NCBI GenBank assembly: GCA_963804645.1
Contig: CAWDRG010000008.1
Span: forward strand, 32,001-96,000
DNA from: an uncultured Bacillota bacterium
Lineage (GTDB): Bacteria > Sysuimicrobiota > Sysuimicrobiia > Sysuimicrobiales > Segetimicrobiaceae
DNA: 64,000 nt
Direction: 5' to 3'
The position numbers and the translations under genes are program-made. Below the pieces are notes generated by a model. The model was not told the DNA's origin and made no database searches. It saw only the letters and a program-made list of their open reading frames with translations. Of the stretch, positions 29,748 through 42,526 are shown in pieces (the stretch's first letter is position 1; each line of letters opens with the position of its first letter).

Positions 29748-29776
29748 ATTGTGGGCTCCCCTCCACAGGGTGTCAA
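29748..29776 (-). promoter_or_regulatory. Sigma70-type promoter of FmdB-MoxR-VWA operon
   Basis: TTGACA-N17-CACAAT. Confidence 0.6.
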
Positions 29777-29792
29777 GCAAGCCGGCGGCGCC

Positions 29793-30875
29793 TTATTGCC
29801 GCGCGAACGTCGCCACCCACACCGGCCCTGCGTTGTCTCCGGTGTCGGTGCCGAATGCGAGCCGGAGACCGTCCGGCGCCCACCGGATCACCATCGCCGT
29901 CCCGTGCTGCGGGAGCTCAGGACGGTAGTCGATCACCCTGAGGCGCGCCCCCGTCGCCGTGTTCACAACCTCAAGCGCGACCTCATCGGCCCCCAGGACC
30001 TCTCCGAATGCCAGCGACGGGCCGAACGGCGCCCACGCCAGCCCGGTGTAGGTGCCGGGGGGCGTGAGCGCCCGCCGCCCGCTCCCGTCGAGGCGGGCGA
30101 CCGTCACGATCCCGCGCCCGCTCGCGACGGCGTCGGGCGTCCCGCCGACGTAGGCGACCAGCGTCCCTGTCCGGTCGAGCGCGGGGCCGCTCATCGCCGC
30201 GTCCGTGAGCGCCGTGGTGATGGTCAGCGTCGGGGGCACCGCGCGGATCCGCAGCACGCGGGTCGAGACCGCGCCGCCCCTCGGCCCCGCGGCGATCAGC
30301 AGGCCGCGGCCGTCCGGCAGCCACACCAGCGCCCGCGCCGCCAGACCGTCCGGGAGCACGACCCGCCGCGGGGATCGCGCGGCGCCGGCCCCATCCGACA
30401 CGATGAGCTCATCGGCGTCGGAACCGCTCTGCACGTACGCCAACCGGCCGGCGCGGGGGGCCCACTCGACGAGCCGGACGTTCGCCGAGCCCGCAACCGG
30501 CACCGCTTCCGAGACGGAGGGATCCAGGGTGTACAGGGCCCCGCCCGCAACCGCGGCGAGCCCGGCGCGGCCGGGGCCCCACGCGACCGCGGTCACGCGT
30601 CCGATCGCCGCGAGGCGATGCGGGCCGGTCCCGTCGAGCGGCACCTGCCACACCCCGCCGTCGGTCCCGAGCCCGACGGCGTCGCCCCGCGGCGCCCATG
30701 CCGGCGGGCTGAGCGCGGGCAGGTCGTAGACGCGCGCGGCGCGCACCACCCGCAGAAACGGCGGGCCCAGATCCACGGGCGTCCGCTGCACCGTGCACGC
30801 CGCAAATGCGAGTGCGGCTGCGAGGAGGACCCCCGGCAGCCGCACGCGCACGCCCCGGACGCGGGGGATCAGCAC
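29793..30875 (-). CDS. Putative lipoprotein with TolB/WD40-like beta-propeller repeats
   Basis: LLAAALAFAAC lipobox; repeats AWAPRG, AWGPG, EWAPR, VWLPDG, AWAPFG, RWAPDG. Confidence 0.7.
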   Translation of the reverse strand: MLIPRVRGVRVRLPGVLLAAALAFAACTVQRTPVDLGPPFLRVVRAARVYDLPALSPPAWAPRGDAVGLGTDGGVWQVPLDGTGPHRLAAIGRVTAVAWGPGRAGLAAVAGGALYTLDPSVSEAVPVAGSANVRLVEWAPRAGRLAYVQSGSDADELIVSDGAGAARSPRRVVLPDGLAARALVWLPDGRGLLIAAGPRGGAVSTRVLRIRAVPPTLTITTALTDAAMSGPALDRTGTLVAYVGGTPDAVASGRGIVTVARLDGSGRRALTPPGTYTGLAWAPFGPSLAFGEVLGADEVALEVVNTATGARLRVIDYRPELPQHGTAMVIRWAPDGLRLAFGTDTGDNAGPVWVATFARQ

Positions 30876-32089
30876 ACGCTATACTTGCCCTCCGCGAGAT
30901 CCCGGCAGAAGACGTGGATGCCGGCGAGCTCCCGGTCGACGACCTCCAGCACACGCCGCTCGACCGCGGACTTGCGCACGCCCTTCTGGGAGATGATCTG
31001 CGCCGCCGTGACGGGCTGGTCGATCGGCTTGCCGATCTGGCTCACCATCCAGATGTACACCTCGCGCAGTCCCGGGACTTCCTCGTACACCTTCTGCGCG
31101 ACCTGGTGCGTGAAGATCGAGTAGATCTTCCCGACGTGAGACACCGGGTTCTTGCCCGCGGCGGCCTCGGTGCCCATCGGCCGGTTGATCGCGATCACGC
31201 CGTTCACCTTGTTCCCGCGTCCGATCTGGCCGCTGTCGCCCGATTCCGCGGACGTCCCCAGTACCGACAGATACACGCCGTTGAGCCCGCGGCCGGGTTC
31301 GTCAAGGGTGTTGAGATCAAAAGAGATCTTGTCCATCGTGGTGCGCGAGGCGAGGAACTCCATCAGCGAGTCGTACAGCGCGCGCTTCCGGCGGAAGTAG
31401 TGCTCCTCCCCCTCGATGAACCGGTCCACAAACGCGACCGCGGCCGTGAGCCGCAGCTCGCGTCCCATGCGGACCCCCATGACCTTCACGTCCTCGCCGG
31501 CCTCGGGGAACTGCTCCTTGAAGGTGCTCGAGTTGATGAACTGCTCGGACTCGCGGACGAGGCGTTCCGTCTCCGTCGTCGGCCAGTACCCCACCGCGGC
31601 GGAGGTGTCGTTTGCCCCGGTGGTGTCTCGGCTGAAGATGTCGACCAGTTCCTGCGACCCCGGCTTGATCTCGTTCTGGTATGTGACGTGCGGCCCGTCC
31701 TGATCGTCGGCGCCGCCCGGGTCCACGAACCGGAGATTTTCGCGGATCCAGTCCTTCGCGGTCTTGATCGCGATCTCGCGAATCGGCAGCTCGCGGCCAT
31801 TCAGCCCGTACGCCGCGCGATCGCCGAAGATGAGTTTCATCGGCTCCTTGATCATCCCGCCGCCGAACTTGACCTGGGCGTCGCCCGCGACGAGAAACGC
31901 CTTGTCGATGTTGTGGTGCAGGATGTGGCCGAACTGGCTCAGGTACTCCTTGCTGAGGGCCACGGACACGCGGTCCATGATCGCGTCACAGATCGAATCC
32001 GGATGCCCGATGCCTTTGCGCTCGACCATCTCGACCTGCGTGTCCCCCACCGGGGTCCCGGGGAGAGTCTCTACCAAGATCTTTCGCAT
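30869..32089 (-). CDS. Methionine adenosyltransferase, archaeal type
   Basis: [63 protein letters not shown]. Confidence 0.92.
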   Translation of the reverse strand: MRKILVETLPGTPVGDTQVEMVERKGIGHPDSICDAIMDRVSVALSKEYLSQFGHILHHNIDKAFLVAGDAQVKFGGGMIKEPMKLIFGDRAAYGLNGRELPIREIAIKTAKDWIRENLRFVDPGGADDQDGPHVTYQNEIKPGSQELVDIFSRDTTGANDTSAAVGYWPTTETERLVRESEQFINSSTFKEQFPEAGEDVKVMGVRMGRELRLTAAVAFVDRFIEGEEHYFRRKRALYDSLMEFLASRTTMDKISFDLNTLDEPGRGLNGVYLSVLGTSAESGDSGQIGRGNKVNGVIAINRPMGTEAAAGKNPVSHVGKIYSIFTHQVAQKVYEEVPGLREVYIWMVSQIGKPIDQPVTAAQIISQKGVRKSAVERRVLEVVDRELAGIHVFCRDLAEGKYSVC

Positions 32090-32150
32090 CCATTCCTCCT
32101 TTAGTCGATCGGCCGCGCGCCCAGGCCGGGACGGCTGTCGGCGCGCGAGC

Positions 32151-33233
32151 TCAGCCCTTGGACGCCGCGGCCTCTTTCTCGCGGACGATCGCGTCGGCTT
32201 CCTTCATCAACCCGTCGAGGAGCTGGTCCTCGGGGAGGCTCGCCACCACCTTACCCTTTCGAAAGATCAGCCCCATGCCCTTGCCGCCTGCAACACCCAG
32301 GTCCGCCATCCGGGCCTCCCCGGGCCCGTTCACCGCGCAGCCCATCACGGCGACCTTGATCGGCACCTTGTAGCCGGCGATGCGCCGCTCCACTTCCTGT
32401 GCGAGCCGCACGATGTCGACGTCCGCGCGCCCGCAGGATGGGCACGCGATCAGCACCGGACCGTGCTCCCGGAGCCCGAGGGCCTTCAGAATCTCAAACC
32501 CGGCCTTCACTTCCTCCTCGGGCGGCGCGGCCAGCGACACCCGGATCGTGTCGCCGATCCCCCGCGACAGGATCGCCCCGAGGCCGACCGCGGACTTGAC
32601 CGTCCCGCCCCACGCCGTGCCGGACTCGGTGATGCCGACGTGGATCGGGTACGGCATCTGCTGCGACACCTTGACGTACGCTTCGAGCGCCATCTCGACG
32701 TCGCTGCCCTTCACCGACACGACGATGTCCCGAAAATCCAGGTCCTCCAGGACCTTGATCTCCTCGAGCGCGCTCTCGACGAGCGCGTCGGCGCACGGCT
32801 CGCCGTACTTGCGCAGCATCTCCTTCGAGATCGAGCCGACGTTCGCGCCCACGCGAATCGGGACGCCCCGCGCCTTGGCCTCGCGGGCGACGATCCGCAC
32901 GCGGTCGGCCTCCCCGATGTTCCCCGGATTGAGGCGGAGCTTATCGACGCCCGACTCGAGCGCGGCGAGCGCGAGCCGGTAGTCGAAGTGAATGTCGGCG
33001 ACCAGCGGCAGCCGGATCCGCGTCTTGATCTCCCGCAGCGCGGCCGCGGCCGTCTGATCGGGCACGGCCACCCGCACGATCTCGCAGCCGAGCGTCTCGA
33101 GCCGCTCGATCTGCGCCACCGTCGCATCCGGGTTGCGGGTGTCGGTGGTCGTCATCGACTGCACGGCGACCGGTGCCCCGCCGCCGACCGGCACGCGGCC
33201 GATCTGTACTTGACGCGTCTCCGTCCGGTTCAT
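32151..33233 (-). CDS. ispG: HMBPP synthase
   Basis: VQSMTTT, LVADIHF, RLNPGNIG, GIGDTIRVSL, CPSCGR, MGCAVNGPGE. Confidence 0.97.
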   Translation of the reverse strand: MNRTETRQVQIGRVPVGGGAPVAVQSMTTTDTRNPDATVAQIERLETLGCEIVRVAVPDQTAAAALREIKTRIRLPLVADIHFDYRLALAALESGVDKLRLNPGNIGEADRVRIVAREAKARGVPIRVGANVGSISKEMLRKYGEPCADALVESALEEIKVLEDLDFRDIVVSVKGSDVEMALEAYVKVSQQMPYPIHVGITESGTAWGGTVKSAVGLGAILSRGIGDTIRVSLAAPPEEEVKAGFEILKALGLREHGPVLIACPSCGRADVDIVRLAQEVERRIAGYKVPIKVAVMGCAVNGPGEARMADLGVAGGKGMGLIFRKGKVVASLPEDQLLDGLMKEADAIVREKEAAASKG

Positions 33234-33309
33234 GCCGCGCTCCCGCAGGATGCCCTGCACACGCTAGTGTAGTTGGAGCCGCGCGCCGGACAATCCTGCC
33301 GCAGATGTG

Positions 33310-34359
33310 TCACGGCAGGTTCAGGTGAATCGGATGCATGACGTCCCGCACCGTCAGCGCGAGGATCAGGCACAGGAGCAGCATGAGCCCCGCCAGATGG
33401 ACGTAGCCCTCGCGGCGCGGATCGAGGGGGCGCCGCCGGAGTCCCTCCACCACGAGAAACGCGGCACGGCCGCCGTCGAGCGCGGGGAACGGAAACAGGT
33501 TGAAGAGGCCGATGATGATGCTAAAGAACGAGGTAAAGTACAGGAACGTCTCGCCCCCGGCCTGCGCGGCCTGCCCGAGCACGTTGACCGCGGTCACCGG
33601 GCCGCCGAGCTGGCCCAACAGCTGGTGGGACACGGCCAAGTTCCACAGCGCGCTCAGGTACGCGCCGAGATCCCGCCCCGTGGTGAGGATGCCCCAGCCA
33701 ACGGCGCGCACCGGATCGAGGCGAGTGCGGCTCACCACCGGGATGAACCCGGTCACCCAGACGCGCTGCTGCGGGTCGTACTTCGTCGGCACGTGGACCA
33801 TGAATCGCGTCCCGTTCCGCTCGATGACGATCGCCAGCGTCCGGTCGCCGCTCGCGTGGATCAGCCGGATCATCTCGTTGCCGTCGCGCATCGGACGCCC
33901 GTCGATCGCCACGATCACGTCCCCCGGCTTGAGCCCCGCGTCGGCGGCCGGGTAGCCCGGGTAGACCTTGTCGATGGTCGTACCGACCTGGCCCGGCATC
34001 CCGTAGGCCATCGCGATGCCGGCGAGCAAGACGATCGCGAGAAGAAAGTTCATGACGGGCCCGGCGCACACGACGGCCAGTCGGGCGGCCACCGATTTCG
34101 ATCGGAACCGCCGCTCGGGCGGGACGTCGGGTGAGGACGTGTCGCTGTCCTCGCCGGCCATGCTGACATAGCCGCCGAGCGGCAGCAGATTGAGGCTGTA
34201 CGTCGTCTCGCCGCGGGTGAATGCCAGCAGCTTCGGGCCGAACCCGATCGCGAACGCGTGCACCGCGATCCCGACACGCTTCGCCACGATGAGGTGCCCG
34301 AGTTCGTGCACGAGAATCATCAACTCCAACGCCAGAATCGCCAAAATCAACCTCGGCAC
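33310..34359 (-). CDS. rseP: M50 intramembrane metalloprotease with PDZ domain
   Basis: HELGH, FAIGFGP, PLGGYV, AGPVMN, NLFPFPALDGG. Confidence 0.92.
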   Translation of the reverse strand: MPRLILAILALELMILVHELGHLIVAKRVGIAVHAFAIGFGPKLLAFTRGETTYSLNLLPLGGYVSMAGEDSDTSSPDVPPERRFRSKSVAARLAVVCAGPVMNFLLAIVLLAGIAMAYGMPGQVGTTIDKVYPGYPAADAGLKPGDVIVAIDGRPMRDGNEMIRLIHASGDRTLAIVIERNGTRFMVHVPTKYDPQQRVWVTGFIPVVSRTRLDPVRAVGWGILTTGRDLGAYLSALWNLAVSHQLLGQLGGPVTAVNVLGQAAQAGGETFLYFTSFFSIIIGLFNLFPFPALDGGRAAFLVVEGLRRRPLDPRREGYVHLAGLMLLLCLILALTVRDVMHPIHLNLP

Positions 34360-34408
34360 TGCCAACACCCTCCCAGTCCGCCGGGTCCTGCCCGGAGCGT
34401 CGTCTCGA

Positions 34409-35563
34409 TCACGAGATCGCGGTGCGCGCGCGCAGGGCATCGACCCGCGCGTCGCGGTCCGCCTCAAGGACGTCGTCGAGGGTCTCGGCGGTCCGCTCGC
34501 GATGCCGGTCGAGCACGAGACGGATCACCTCGGCGATTTCCAAGAACTCAATGTCTCCGGCGAGAAACAGCCCGACGGCCGCCTCGTCCGCCGCGCTGAG
34601 CGCCGCCGGCGTCGTCCCGCCCCGCGCGAGCGCCTCCCGGGCGTAGGCGAGGCATGGGAAGCGCTCCACGTCCGGCGCCTCGAACCCGAGCGCGCCGAGC
34701 GTCCGGAGGTCCAGCGGCGCGACCGCGCTCGGCCGGCGCGCGGGGTAGGTCAGCGCGTACTGAATCGGCAAACGCATATCGCGCGGCCCGAGCTGCGCCA
34801 GGACCGTGCCGTCCACCAGCTCGACGCACGAGTGGACCAAGCTCTGCGGGTGAATCACCACCTCGATCCGGTCGACCGGCACGCCGAACAGCCAATGCGC
34901 TTCGATCACCTCGAACCCCTTGTTCATGAGGGTCGCCGAATCGATCGTCACCTTCGCCCCCATGCGCCACGTCGGATGACGGAGCGCCTGGGCCGGCGTC
35001 ACGTCGGCCATCGAGGCCCGCGGGGTCCGAAGAAACGGGCCGCCGGAGGCGGTGATCCACAGCCGCCCGATCTCCGCGGCGTCGCGGGTCCCCAGACATT
35101 GAAACACGGCCGAGGGCTCGCTGTCGACGGGGAGCACCCGCCGGCCCGTCCGGGCCGCGGCCGCGACCACCAGCGGGCCGGCGGCGACCAGGACCTCCTT
35201 CGTCGCCAGCGCCACGTCGCGGCCCGCGTCGAGCGCCGCGAGCGTCGGGGCCAGGCCGTCGATGCCCACAACGGCTACGAGCACGATCTCGGCCGCGGGG
35301 CCGGCGGCCAGGTCGGCCAGCGCCCGGGGACCGCAGAGCACGTCGCCATCCCATCCGGGTGTCTGCGCGCGCACCGCGCGGGCGGCCTCCGGGGTCGCCA
35401 CGGCCACGGCGTCCGGCCGAAACTCCCGCACCTGCTCGCGCAGCAGCGCGACGTTGCGGCTCGCCGACAGCCCGACGACCTGCACGTCGCCGAGGTCCCG
35501 TACCACGTCGAGCGCGGCGCGGCCGATCGATCCGGTCGAGCCCAGCACGATCACGCGGCGCAT
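34409..35563 (-). CDS. dxr: 1-deoxy-D-xylulose-5-phosphate reductoisomerase
   Basis: LGSTGSIG, PVDSE, TASGGPF, HPTWRMGAKVTIDSATLMNKGFEVIEAH. Confidence 0.97.
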   Translation of the reverse strand: MRRVIVLGSTGSIGRAALDVVRDLGDVQVVGLSASRNVALLREQVREFRPDAVAVATPEAARAVRAQTPGWDGDVLCGPRALADLAAGPAAEIVLVAVVGIDGLAPTLAALDAGRDVALATKEVLVAAGPLVVAAAARTGRRVLPVDSEPSAVFQCLGTRDAAEIGRLWITASGGPFLRTPRASMADVTPAQALRHPTWRMGAKVTIDSATLMNKGFEVIEAHWLFGVPVDRIEVVIHPQSLVHSCVELVDGTVLAQLGPRDMRLPIQYALTYPARRPSAVAPLDLRTLGALGFEAPDVERFPCLAYAREALARGGTTPAALSAADEAAVGLFLAGDIEFLEIAEVIRLVLDRHRERTAETLDDVLEADRDARVDALRARTAIS

Positions 35564-36423
35564 CAGAATCCCGGCCACGCGAGCATGATCGCGTAGCCCG
35601 CGACGGCCGCGAACAGCAATCCGTCGAAGCGGTCGAGGATGCCGCCGTGGCCCGGCAGCACGCCGCCGGCATCTTTCACGCCGACCTCCCGCTTGATCGC
35701 CGACTCCCAGAGATCGCCGCAGACCGCGGCCAGCGCACACACGCCGCCCACCACGCACGCGAGAGCTACCGGCAGCGCGGTCGCCGCCGCGAACACGGCG
35801 CCGAACAGCAGTCCGGCGGCCAGCGCGGCCACGGCCCCTTCCACCGACTTGTGCGGGCTCACCATCGGCAGGAGCTTGCGCCGCCCCCACGCCAGACCGA
35901 CGAAGTACGCCGCCGTGTCCGACGCCCACACGGCGCCGATGACGAGCAGCGCGGGCAGCGGGCTCGCCGCGTGCGCGGGCCCGAACGGAAGGACGCGCAG
36001 CTGCATCAGATAGCCCAGCAGATAGCCGACGTACACGGCGCCGAGCAGGGTCACCCCCGCGTTGGCGAGGCTTCGCTCCGCGCGCCCCCGCCGCAGCTGC
36101 ACGAGGACCGTGTAGCCAAGCAGCGCGGGCACCACGAACGGCTGCCACGCCCCGGGGTACGCGGCGCCGACGATGAACAGGACGCCGGCGGCCATCCCCG
36201 CCTCCCACACCGGCCGGTACCCGGCGCGCTCCGCCATCCGATAGAACTCCGCGAGCCCGACCACCGCGACCGCGGCGAGGCCCACGACCAGCCAAGGGGC
36301 CCCCGCCAGCACGAACCCGACGACCAGCGCGCCCCCGAGCACGCCGGTCACCAGGCGGGTCCCGAGCGCACGCTCGCGCGGCGCCGCCTGCGCGGACACG
36401 GCGACGCGGCCGGAGTTGGACAC
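35563..36423 (-). CDS. cdsA: Phosphatidate cytidylyltransferase
   Basis: SDTAAYFVG, SPHKSVEG, GDLWESAIKREVGVKD, PGHGGILDRFD. Confidence 0.95.
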   Translation of the reverse strand: MSNSGRVAVSAQAAPRERALGTRLVTGVLGGALVVGFVLAGAPWLVVGLAAVAVVGLAEFYRMAERAGYRPVWEAGMAAGVLFIVGAAYPGAWQPFVVPALLGYTVLVQLRRGRAERSLANAGVTLLGAVYVGYLLGYLMQLRVLPFGPAHAASPLPALLVIGAVWASDTAAYFVGLAWGRRKLLPMVSPHKSVEGAVAALAAGLLFGAVFAAATALPVALACVVGGVCALAAVCGDLWESAIKREVGVKDAGGVLPGHGGILDRFDGLLFAAVAGYAIMLAWPGF

Positions 36424-36424
36424 G

Positions 36425-37205
36425 CTATCCAACGTCGACGCCCCCGAACCGGCGCGCACGCCCCTGGAACGCCCGAATCGCACCGAACAGATCGGCCTTG
36501 GCAAAATCCGGCCAGCGGACGTCGGTGAAATACAGCTCCGCGTACGCGGCCTGCCACAGCAGGAAATTGCTCAGGCGCTGCTCGCCCCCGGTCCGGATGA
36601 GCAGGTCAGGATCCGGCAGGTCCGGGGCGAACAGGGCGCGCGAGATCGAGTGTTCGCCGATCGCCTCGGGCGACAGCCGGCCGGCCTGCACGGCGCGGGC
36701 GAGCTGCCGCGCCGCCTCCGTGAGTTCCCGCCGGCCCCCGTAGTTCAGCGCGAGGTTGAGCGTGACCCCGGTATTCTCGCGCGGTGAGGTCCACGACGCG
36801 CGCGAGCGCCGTCTGGACCGCCCCCGGCATCTCCCCGATCAGCCCCGACGCGCGAAAGCGCACGCCGTTTCGGTGGAGGCCGTCCGCCTCGACGTTCAAC
36901 GTCTCGATCAGCAGATCCATCAGCGCCTGCACTTCCTCCGGAGGACGCCGCCAGTTTTCCGTGCTGAACGCGTACAACGTCAGAATCTGCACGCCGCACT
37001 CGCGCGCGCCTTCAAGCGTGCGCCGGATCGCCTCACGTCCGGCGCGGTGTCCCTCGAGCCGCGACAGCCCGCGCACTTCCGCCCAGCGCCCGTTCCCGTC
37101 CATGATGATGGCGATGTGCCTGGGGATCCGGGTCGGGTCGAGCGAGGCCAGGAGCGCCTCCTCGCGCCGCAGCTCTTCCGCGCCCTCACGCACCATGACG
37201 CGCAT
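36425..37205 (-). CDS. uppS: Undecaprenyl diphosphate synthase, +1 frameshift at ~36782
   Basis: HIAIIMDGNGRWA and FSTENWRRP in one frame; LNYGGR and DLLIRTGGEQRLSNFLLWQ in another. Confidence 0.92.
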
Positions 37206-37343
37206 AACGCTCCCCGGCCGCAGGCCCGGCGGCCGCCCGTCCGGCCCGTCCCGGCGCCGCCCTCCAATGTACCACGGCCCCCTCGCCGTGAGGGGGCCTC
37301 GTCCACGCTCTCGCGCCCGGCCCACCGCCGGCGGCAGGTCCGC

Positions 37344-37564
37344 TCACACCCCGGCGTCCTCCGCCCGCTCGCCGCAGACGATCAGCTGGACGTGATCGCC
37401 CGCCGCGAGCCGCTCGCGCACTACCCGCTCGGGGGCCCGCAGGCTGCGTCGCGGCGGACACGTCCGCACGACCTCGACGGCCGTCCACTGCGCGGCGGCC
37501 AGGAGGTCGCGCGCGTCCTCCAGGGTATACCCCACGACATCCGGCGGCAGCCGATCGGCGGCCA

Positions 37565-37568
<4 letters not shown>
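37344..37568 (-). CDS. Small stand-alone PASTA-like protein
   Basis: PDVVGYTLEDARDLL..RVVRE..VQLIV pattern; GTGA overlap with frr. Confidence 0.55.
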
Positions 37569-39466
<1,898 letters not shown>

Positions 39467-39508
39467 TCTGCCCCTCCCACCGTCCCGCCGACGCATGCCG
39501 CGCGGGCG

Positions 39509-40321
39509 TCACGCTTGGACTTCCTGCTCCTCGGCCGGCTCCTCGACGACTTCCTCCTCGCCCGGCAGCCCGGCCATCGGCGCCGGCTCGACGTCGGCGG
39601 CGGCCGCCGCCTCCTCCTCGAGCACCTCGGCCTTGCGGCGCTCCTCATAGCCCTCGAGGGCGGCGTTCGCGATCCGGTTCGTGATCAGGCGTACCGCCCG
39701 GATCGCGTCGTCGTTGCCGGGAATCGGATAGTCGGCCTCATCCGGATCGCAGTTGGTGTCGATGATGGCCACGATCGGGATCCCGAGCTTCCGGGCCTCC
39801 GCGATCGCGATGTGCTCCTTGCGGGTATCCACGATGTACACGGCGGTCGGCAGCACCTTCATCTGCGAGATCCCGCCGAGATACTTCTCCAGCCGCGCCA
39901 ACTCGTCCATCAGCCCGGCCTGCTCGCGCTTCGGCAGGACCTCGAGCGTCCCGTTGTCGCGGATCTCGATGAGCTCGTGCATGCGGTCGATGCGGCCCTT
40001 GATGGTCTGGAAGTTGGTCAGCATGCCGCCCAGCCACCGCTGGTTGACGTAGAACTGATGGGCCCGGGTCGACTCCTCGCGGATCGCGTCCTGCGCCTGC
40101 TTCTTCGTCCCCACGAACAGCACCGTGCCGCCCTGCGACACGGTATCGCGGACGAATCGATAGGTCGTCTCGATCAGGGGAACGGATTTCTGCAGGTCGA
40201 TGATGTGGATCCCGTTGCGCTGCGTGAAAATAAAACGGGCCATCTTCGGGTTCCACCGCCGCGTCTGATGGCCGAAATGGACACCCGCTTCAAGAAGCTG
40301 CTTCATGGTCACAACTGCCAC
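39509..40321 (-). CDS. rpsB: 30S ribosomal protein S2
   Basis: [52 protein letters not shown]. Confidence 0.98.
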   Translation of the reverse strand: MAVVTMKQLLEAGVHFGHQTRRWNPKMARFIFTQRNGIHIIDLQKSVPLIETTYRFVRDTVSQGGTVLFVGTKKQAQDAIREESTRAHQFYVNQRWLGGMLTNFQTIKGRIDRMHELIEIRDNGTLEVLPKREQAGLMDELARLEKYLGGISQMKVLPTAVYIVDTRKEHIAIAEARKLGIPIVAIIDTNCDPDEADYPIPGNDDAIRAVRLITNRIANAALEGYEERRKAEVLEEEAAAAADVEPAPMAGLPGEEEVVEEPAEEQEVQA

Positions 40322-40329
40322 TGCGCCAC

Positions 40330-40460
40330 CCCTCTCCGGTTATGCATCCGCCCCGTTCATCCCAGCCCGGAACCCGGGCGCCCGTCCCCGGCGTGTCGCC
40401 GGGCACGTGAGCGCGATCCGGGCACCGCCGGTCCGGTCCCTGGAGCGTGCGAAAGATCCT
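40330..40460 (-). ncRNA. Putative structured rpsB (S2) leader
   Basis: Long GC-rich 5' UTR with GCGGTGC...GATGAA...GCGGA...AACC elements between promoter and RBS. Confidence 0.4.
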
Positions 40461-40468
40461 GCTGGCGT

Positions 40469-40498
40469 AGTATAGCATAGGCCCTGGCCGTGAGACAA
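40469..40498 (-). promoter_or_regulatory. Sigma70-type promoter of rpsB-tsf
   Basis: TTGTCT-N18-TATACT with extended -10 TG. Confidence 0.55.
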
Positions 40499-40521
40499 AC
40501 GCCCGCCCACGGCGCGGGCGG
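40493..40521 (-). terminator. Probable intrinsic terminator after hslU
   Basis: CGCCCGC-loop-GCGGGCG followed by TTTGTCT on the minus strand. Confidence 0.5.
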
Positions 40522-40530
40522 GGCCGCGCG

Positions 40531-41967
40531 CTATAGGACGTAGCGGCTCAGATCGCGGTCGGCGAGGATGTCGGCGAGGCGCGCCTGGACGTACGCGGCG
40601 TCGATGACGACGCGCGAGGCCACCTCGGGCGCGGCGTACGAGATCTCCTCGGTCACTTTTTCCAGAATGGTGTGCAGCCGCCGGGCCCCGATGTCCTCCT
40701 GCTCGCCGTTCACCGCCGTCGCGATCCGCGCGATCTCGCGGATGCCGTCGGGCGGAAACTCCACGGCGACGCCCTCGGTCGCGAGCAGCGCCGTGTACTG
40801 CTTGGTCAGGGCGTTCTCCGGCTCCACGAGGATCCGAACGAAATCCTCCTCGGTGAGGGACTCCAACTCCACGCGGATCGGCAGGCGGCCCTGGAGCTCC
40901 GGAATCAAATCGGACGGCTTGCTCACGTGGAACGCGCCCGCCGCGATGAACAGCACGTGGTCGGTGCGCACGGGACCGTGCTTCGTCGTCACGGTGGACC
41001 CTTCGATGATCGGCAGGATGTCGCGCTGGACGCCCTCGCGCGACACGTCCGGGCCGGCCCCGCCCTGCCGCCCGGCGATTTTGTCGAGTTCGTCGACGAA
41101 GATAATGCCCGCCTGCTCCGCGCGGCGCACACCCTCCCGGACGACGTCCTCCATGTCGATCAGCTTCTGCGCCTCCTCGGCGGTCAGCGCCCGGAGCGCG
41201 TCGGGGACGCGCATCCGCCGCTGCTTCCGCCGCCGCGGCAAGAGCGTCCCGAACAGATCCTGCAGGTTGATGCCCATCTCCTCGACGCCCTGGCCGGAAA
41301 ACACCTCGACGGTCGGGAGCGCGCTCTCCTCGGTTTCGATCTCGACCGTCTCCCGATCCAACTCCCCGCGGTCGAGGCGGGCGCGCATCGCGGCCCGCCG
41401 CTCGCGCAGATCCTCGGGCGGCGCCGCGGCCGGCTCCGCCGGCGGCATCGCCATCCCCGGCCGGCCGGCGCCGAACAGCGCCTCGAGTGGGTTCGGCAGG
41501 CCCGAGGGCTTGCGGGGCGCCGGGACGAGCACCTCGATCAGACGGTCGCGCGCCTGGGCCGCGGCGCGGTCCTGCACAGCCCCCACCCGCTCGGCCCGCA
41601 CCATCTGGATCGCGGTCTCGACGAGATCGCGGACCATCGAGTCCACGTCACGGCCGACGTACCCCACCTCGGTGAACTTGGTCGCCTCGACCTTGACGAA
41701 CGGCGCCGCCGCGAGCCGCGCGAGCCGCCGCGCGATCTCGGTCTTCCCGACGCCGGTCGGGCCGATCATCAGGATGTTCTTCGGGATGACCTCGTCTTTC
41801 AGATCGGGGCCGAGCCGGCTGCGCCGGTACCGGTTGCGCAGCGCGATCGCGACGGCGCGCTTCGCGGCGGCCTGGCCAACGATGTACTTGTCGAGCTCCT
41901 CCACGATCCGGCGCGGGGTCAGGGACTCGATCGTCAGCCGTTCGTCGGCCCGCGGGGACGCGTCCAT
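40531..41967 (-). CDS. hslU: ATP-dependent protease ATPase subunit
   Basis: [62 protein letters not shown]. Confidence 0.97.
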   Translation of the reverse strand: MDASPRADERLTIESLTPRRIVEELDKYIVGQAAAKRAVAIALRNRYRRSRLGPDLKDEVIPKNILMIGPTGVGKTEIARRLARLAAAPFVKVEATKFTEVGYVGRDVDSMVRDLVETAIQMVRAERVGAVQDRAAAQARDRLIEVLVPAPRKPSGLPNPLEALFGAGRPGMAMPPAEPAAAPPEDLRERRAAMRARLDRGELDRETVEIETEESALPTVEVFSGQGVEEMGINLQDLFGTLLPRRRKQRRMRVPDALRALTAEEAQKLIDMEDVVREGVRRAEQAGIIFVDELDKIAGRQGGAGPDVSREGVQRDILPIIEGSTVTTKHGPVRTDHVLFIAAGAFHVSKPSDLIPELQGRLPIRVELESLTEEDFVRILVEPENALTKQYTALLATEGVAVEFPPDGIREIARIATAVNGEQEDIGARRLHTILEKVTEEISYAAPEVASRVVIDAAYVQARLADILADRDLSRYVL

Positions 41968-41971
41968 CACG

Positions 41972-42526
41972 CTAGCGCAGGACCTCCATCGTCACCTGGT
42001 CGTTTGTGAACACGCAGATCTCGCTCGCCAGCCGCAGCGACTCGCGCGCGACCTCCTCGGCCCCGAGGGTCGAGTGGCGCAGCAGCGCGCGCGCCGCCGC
42101 GAGGGCGTAGGGGCCGCCGGACCCGATCGCGGCGACCCCGTCGTCGGGTTCGACGATGTCGCCGCTCCCGGACAGCACGTAGAGATGTTCCCGATCGGCG
42201 ACGACGAGCAGCGCCTCGAGGCGTCGCAGCGCGCGGTCGGTCCGCCAGTCCTTGGCCAGGGCGACGACCGCGCGGGGCAGGTGGCCGTGCGTCTCGGAGA
42301 GCTTGTCCTCGAGCCGCTCGAATAGGGTCAGACCGTCCGCGGCGGAGCCCGCGAATCCCAGCAACACGTGTTCGCCCACGCGGCGGATCTTGCGCGCACC
42401 GTGCTTGAGGACGGTGTTGCCGACGCTCACCTGGCCGTCGCCCGCGAGGGCCACGACCCCGTCTCGCCGAACGGCCACGACCGTAGTCGAGCGGATGGCC
42501 GGCCTCGGCTCGCGCGGGGCGGTCAG
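41972..42526 (-). CDS. hslV: ATP-dependent protease peptidase subunit; probable CTG start
   Basis: [39 protein letters not shown]. Confidence 0.95.
   Translation of the reverse strand: MTAPREPRPAIRSTTVVAVRRDGVVALAGDGQVSVGNTVLKHGARKIRRVGEHVLLGFAGSAADGLTLFERLEDKLSETHGHLPRAVVALAKDWRTDRALRRLEALLVVADREHLYVLSGSGDIVEPDDGVAAIGSGGPYALAAARALLRHSTLGAEEVARESLRLASEICVFTNDQVTMEVLR

Noticed and set aside
28317..31124. 935-aa plus-strand ORF, and similar long antisense ORFs such as 19396..21750 and 5643..7688
   Set aside because: Overlap well-supported minus-strand genes; Arg/Pro/Ala-rich with no recognisable domain.
36770..36790. Programmed frameshifting in uppS (and topA at 43105)
   Set aside because: No slippery sequence or stimulatory structure seen; sequencing error is more parsimonious.
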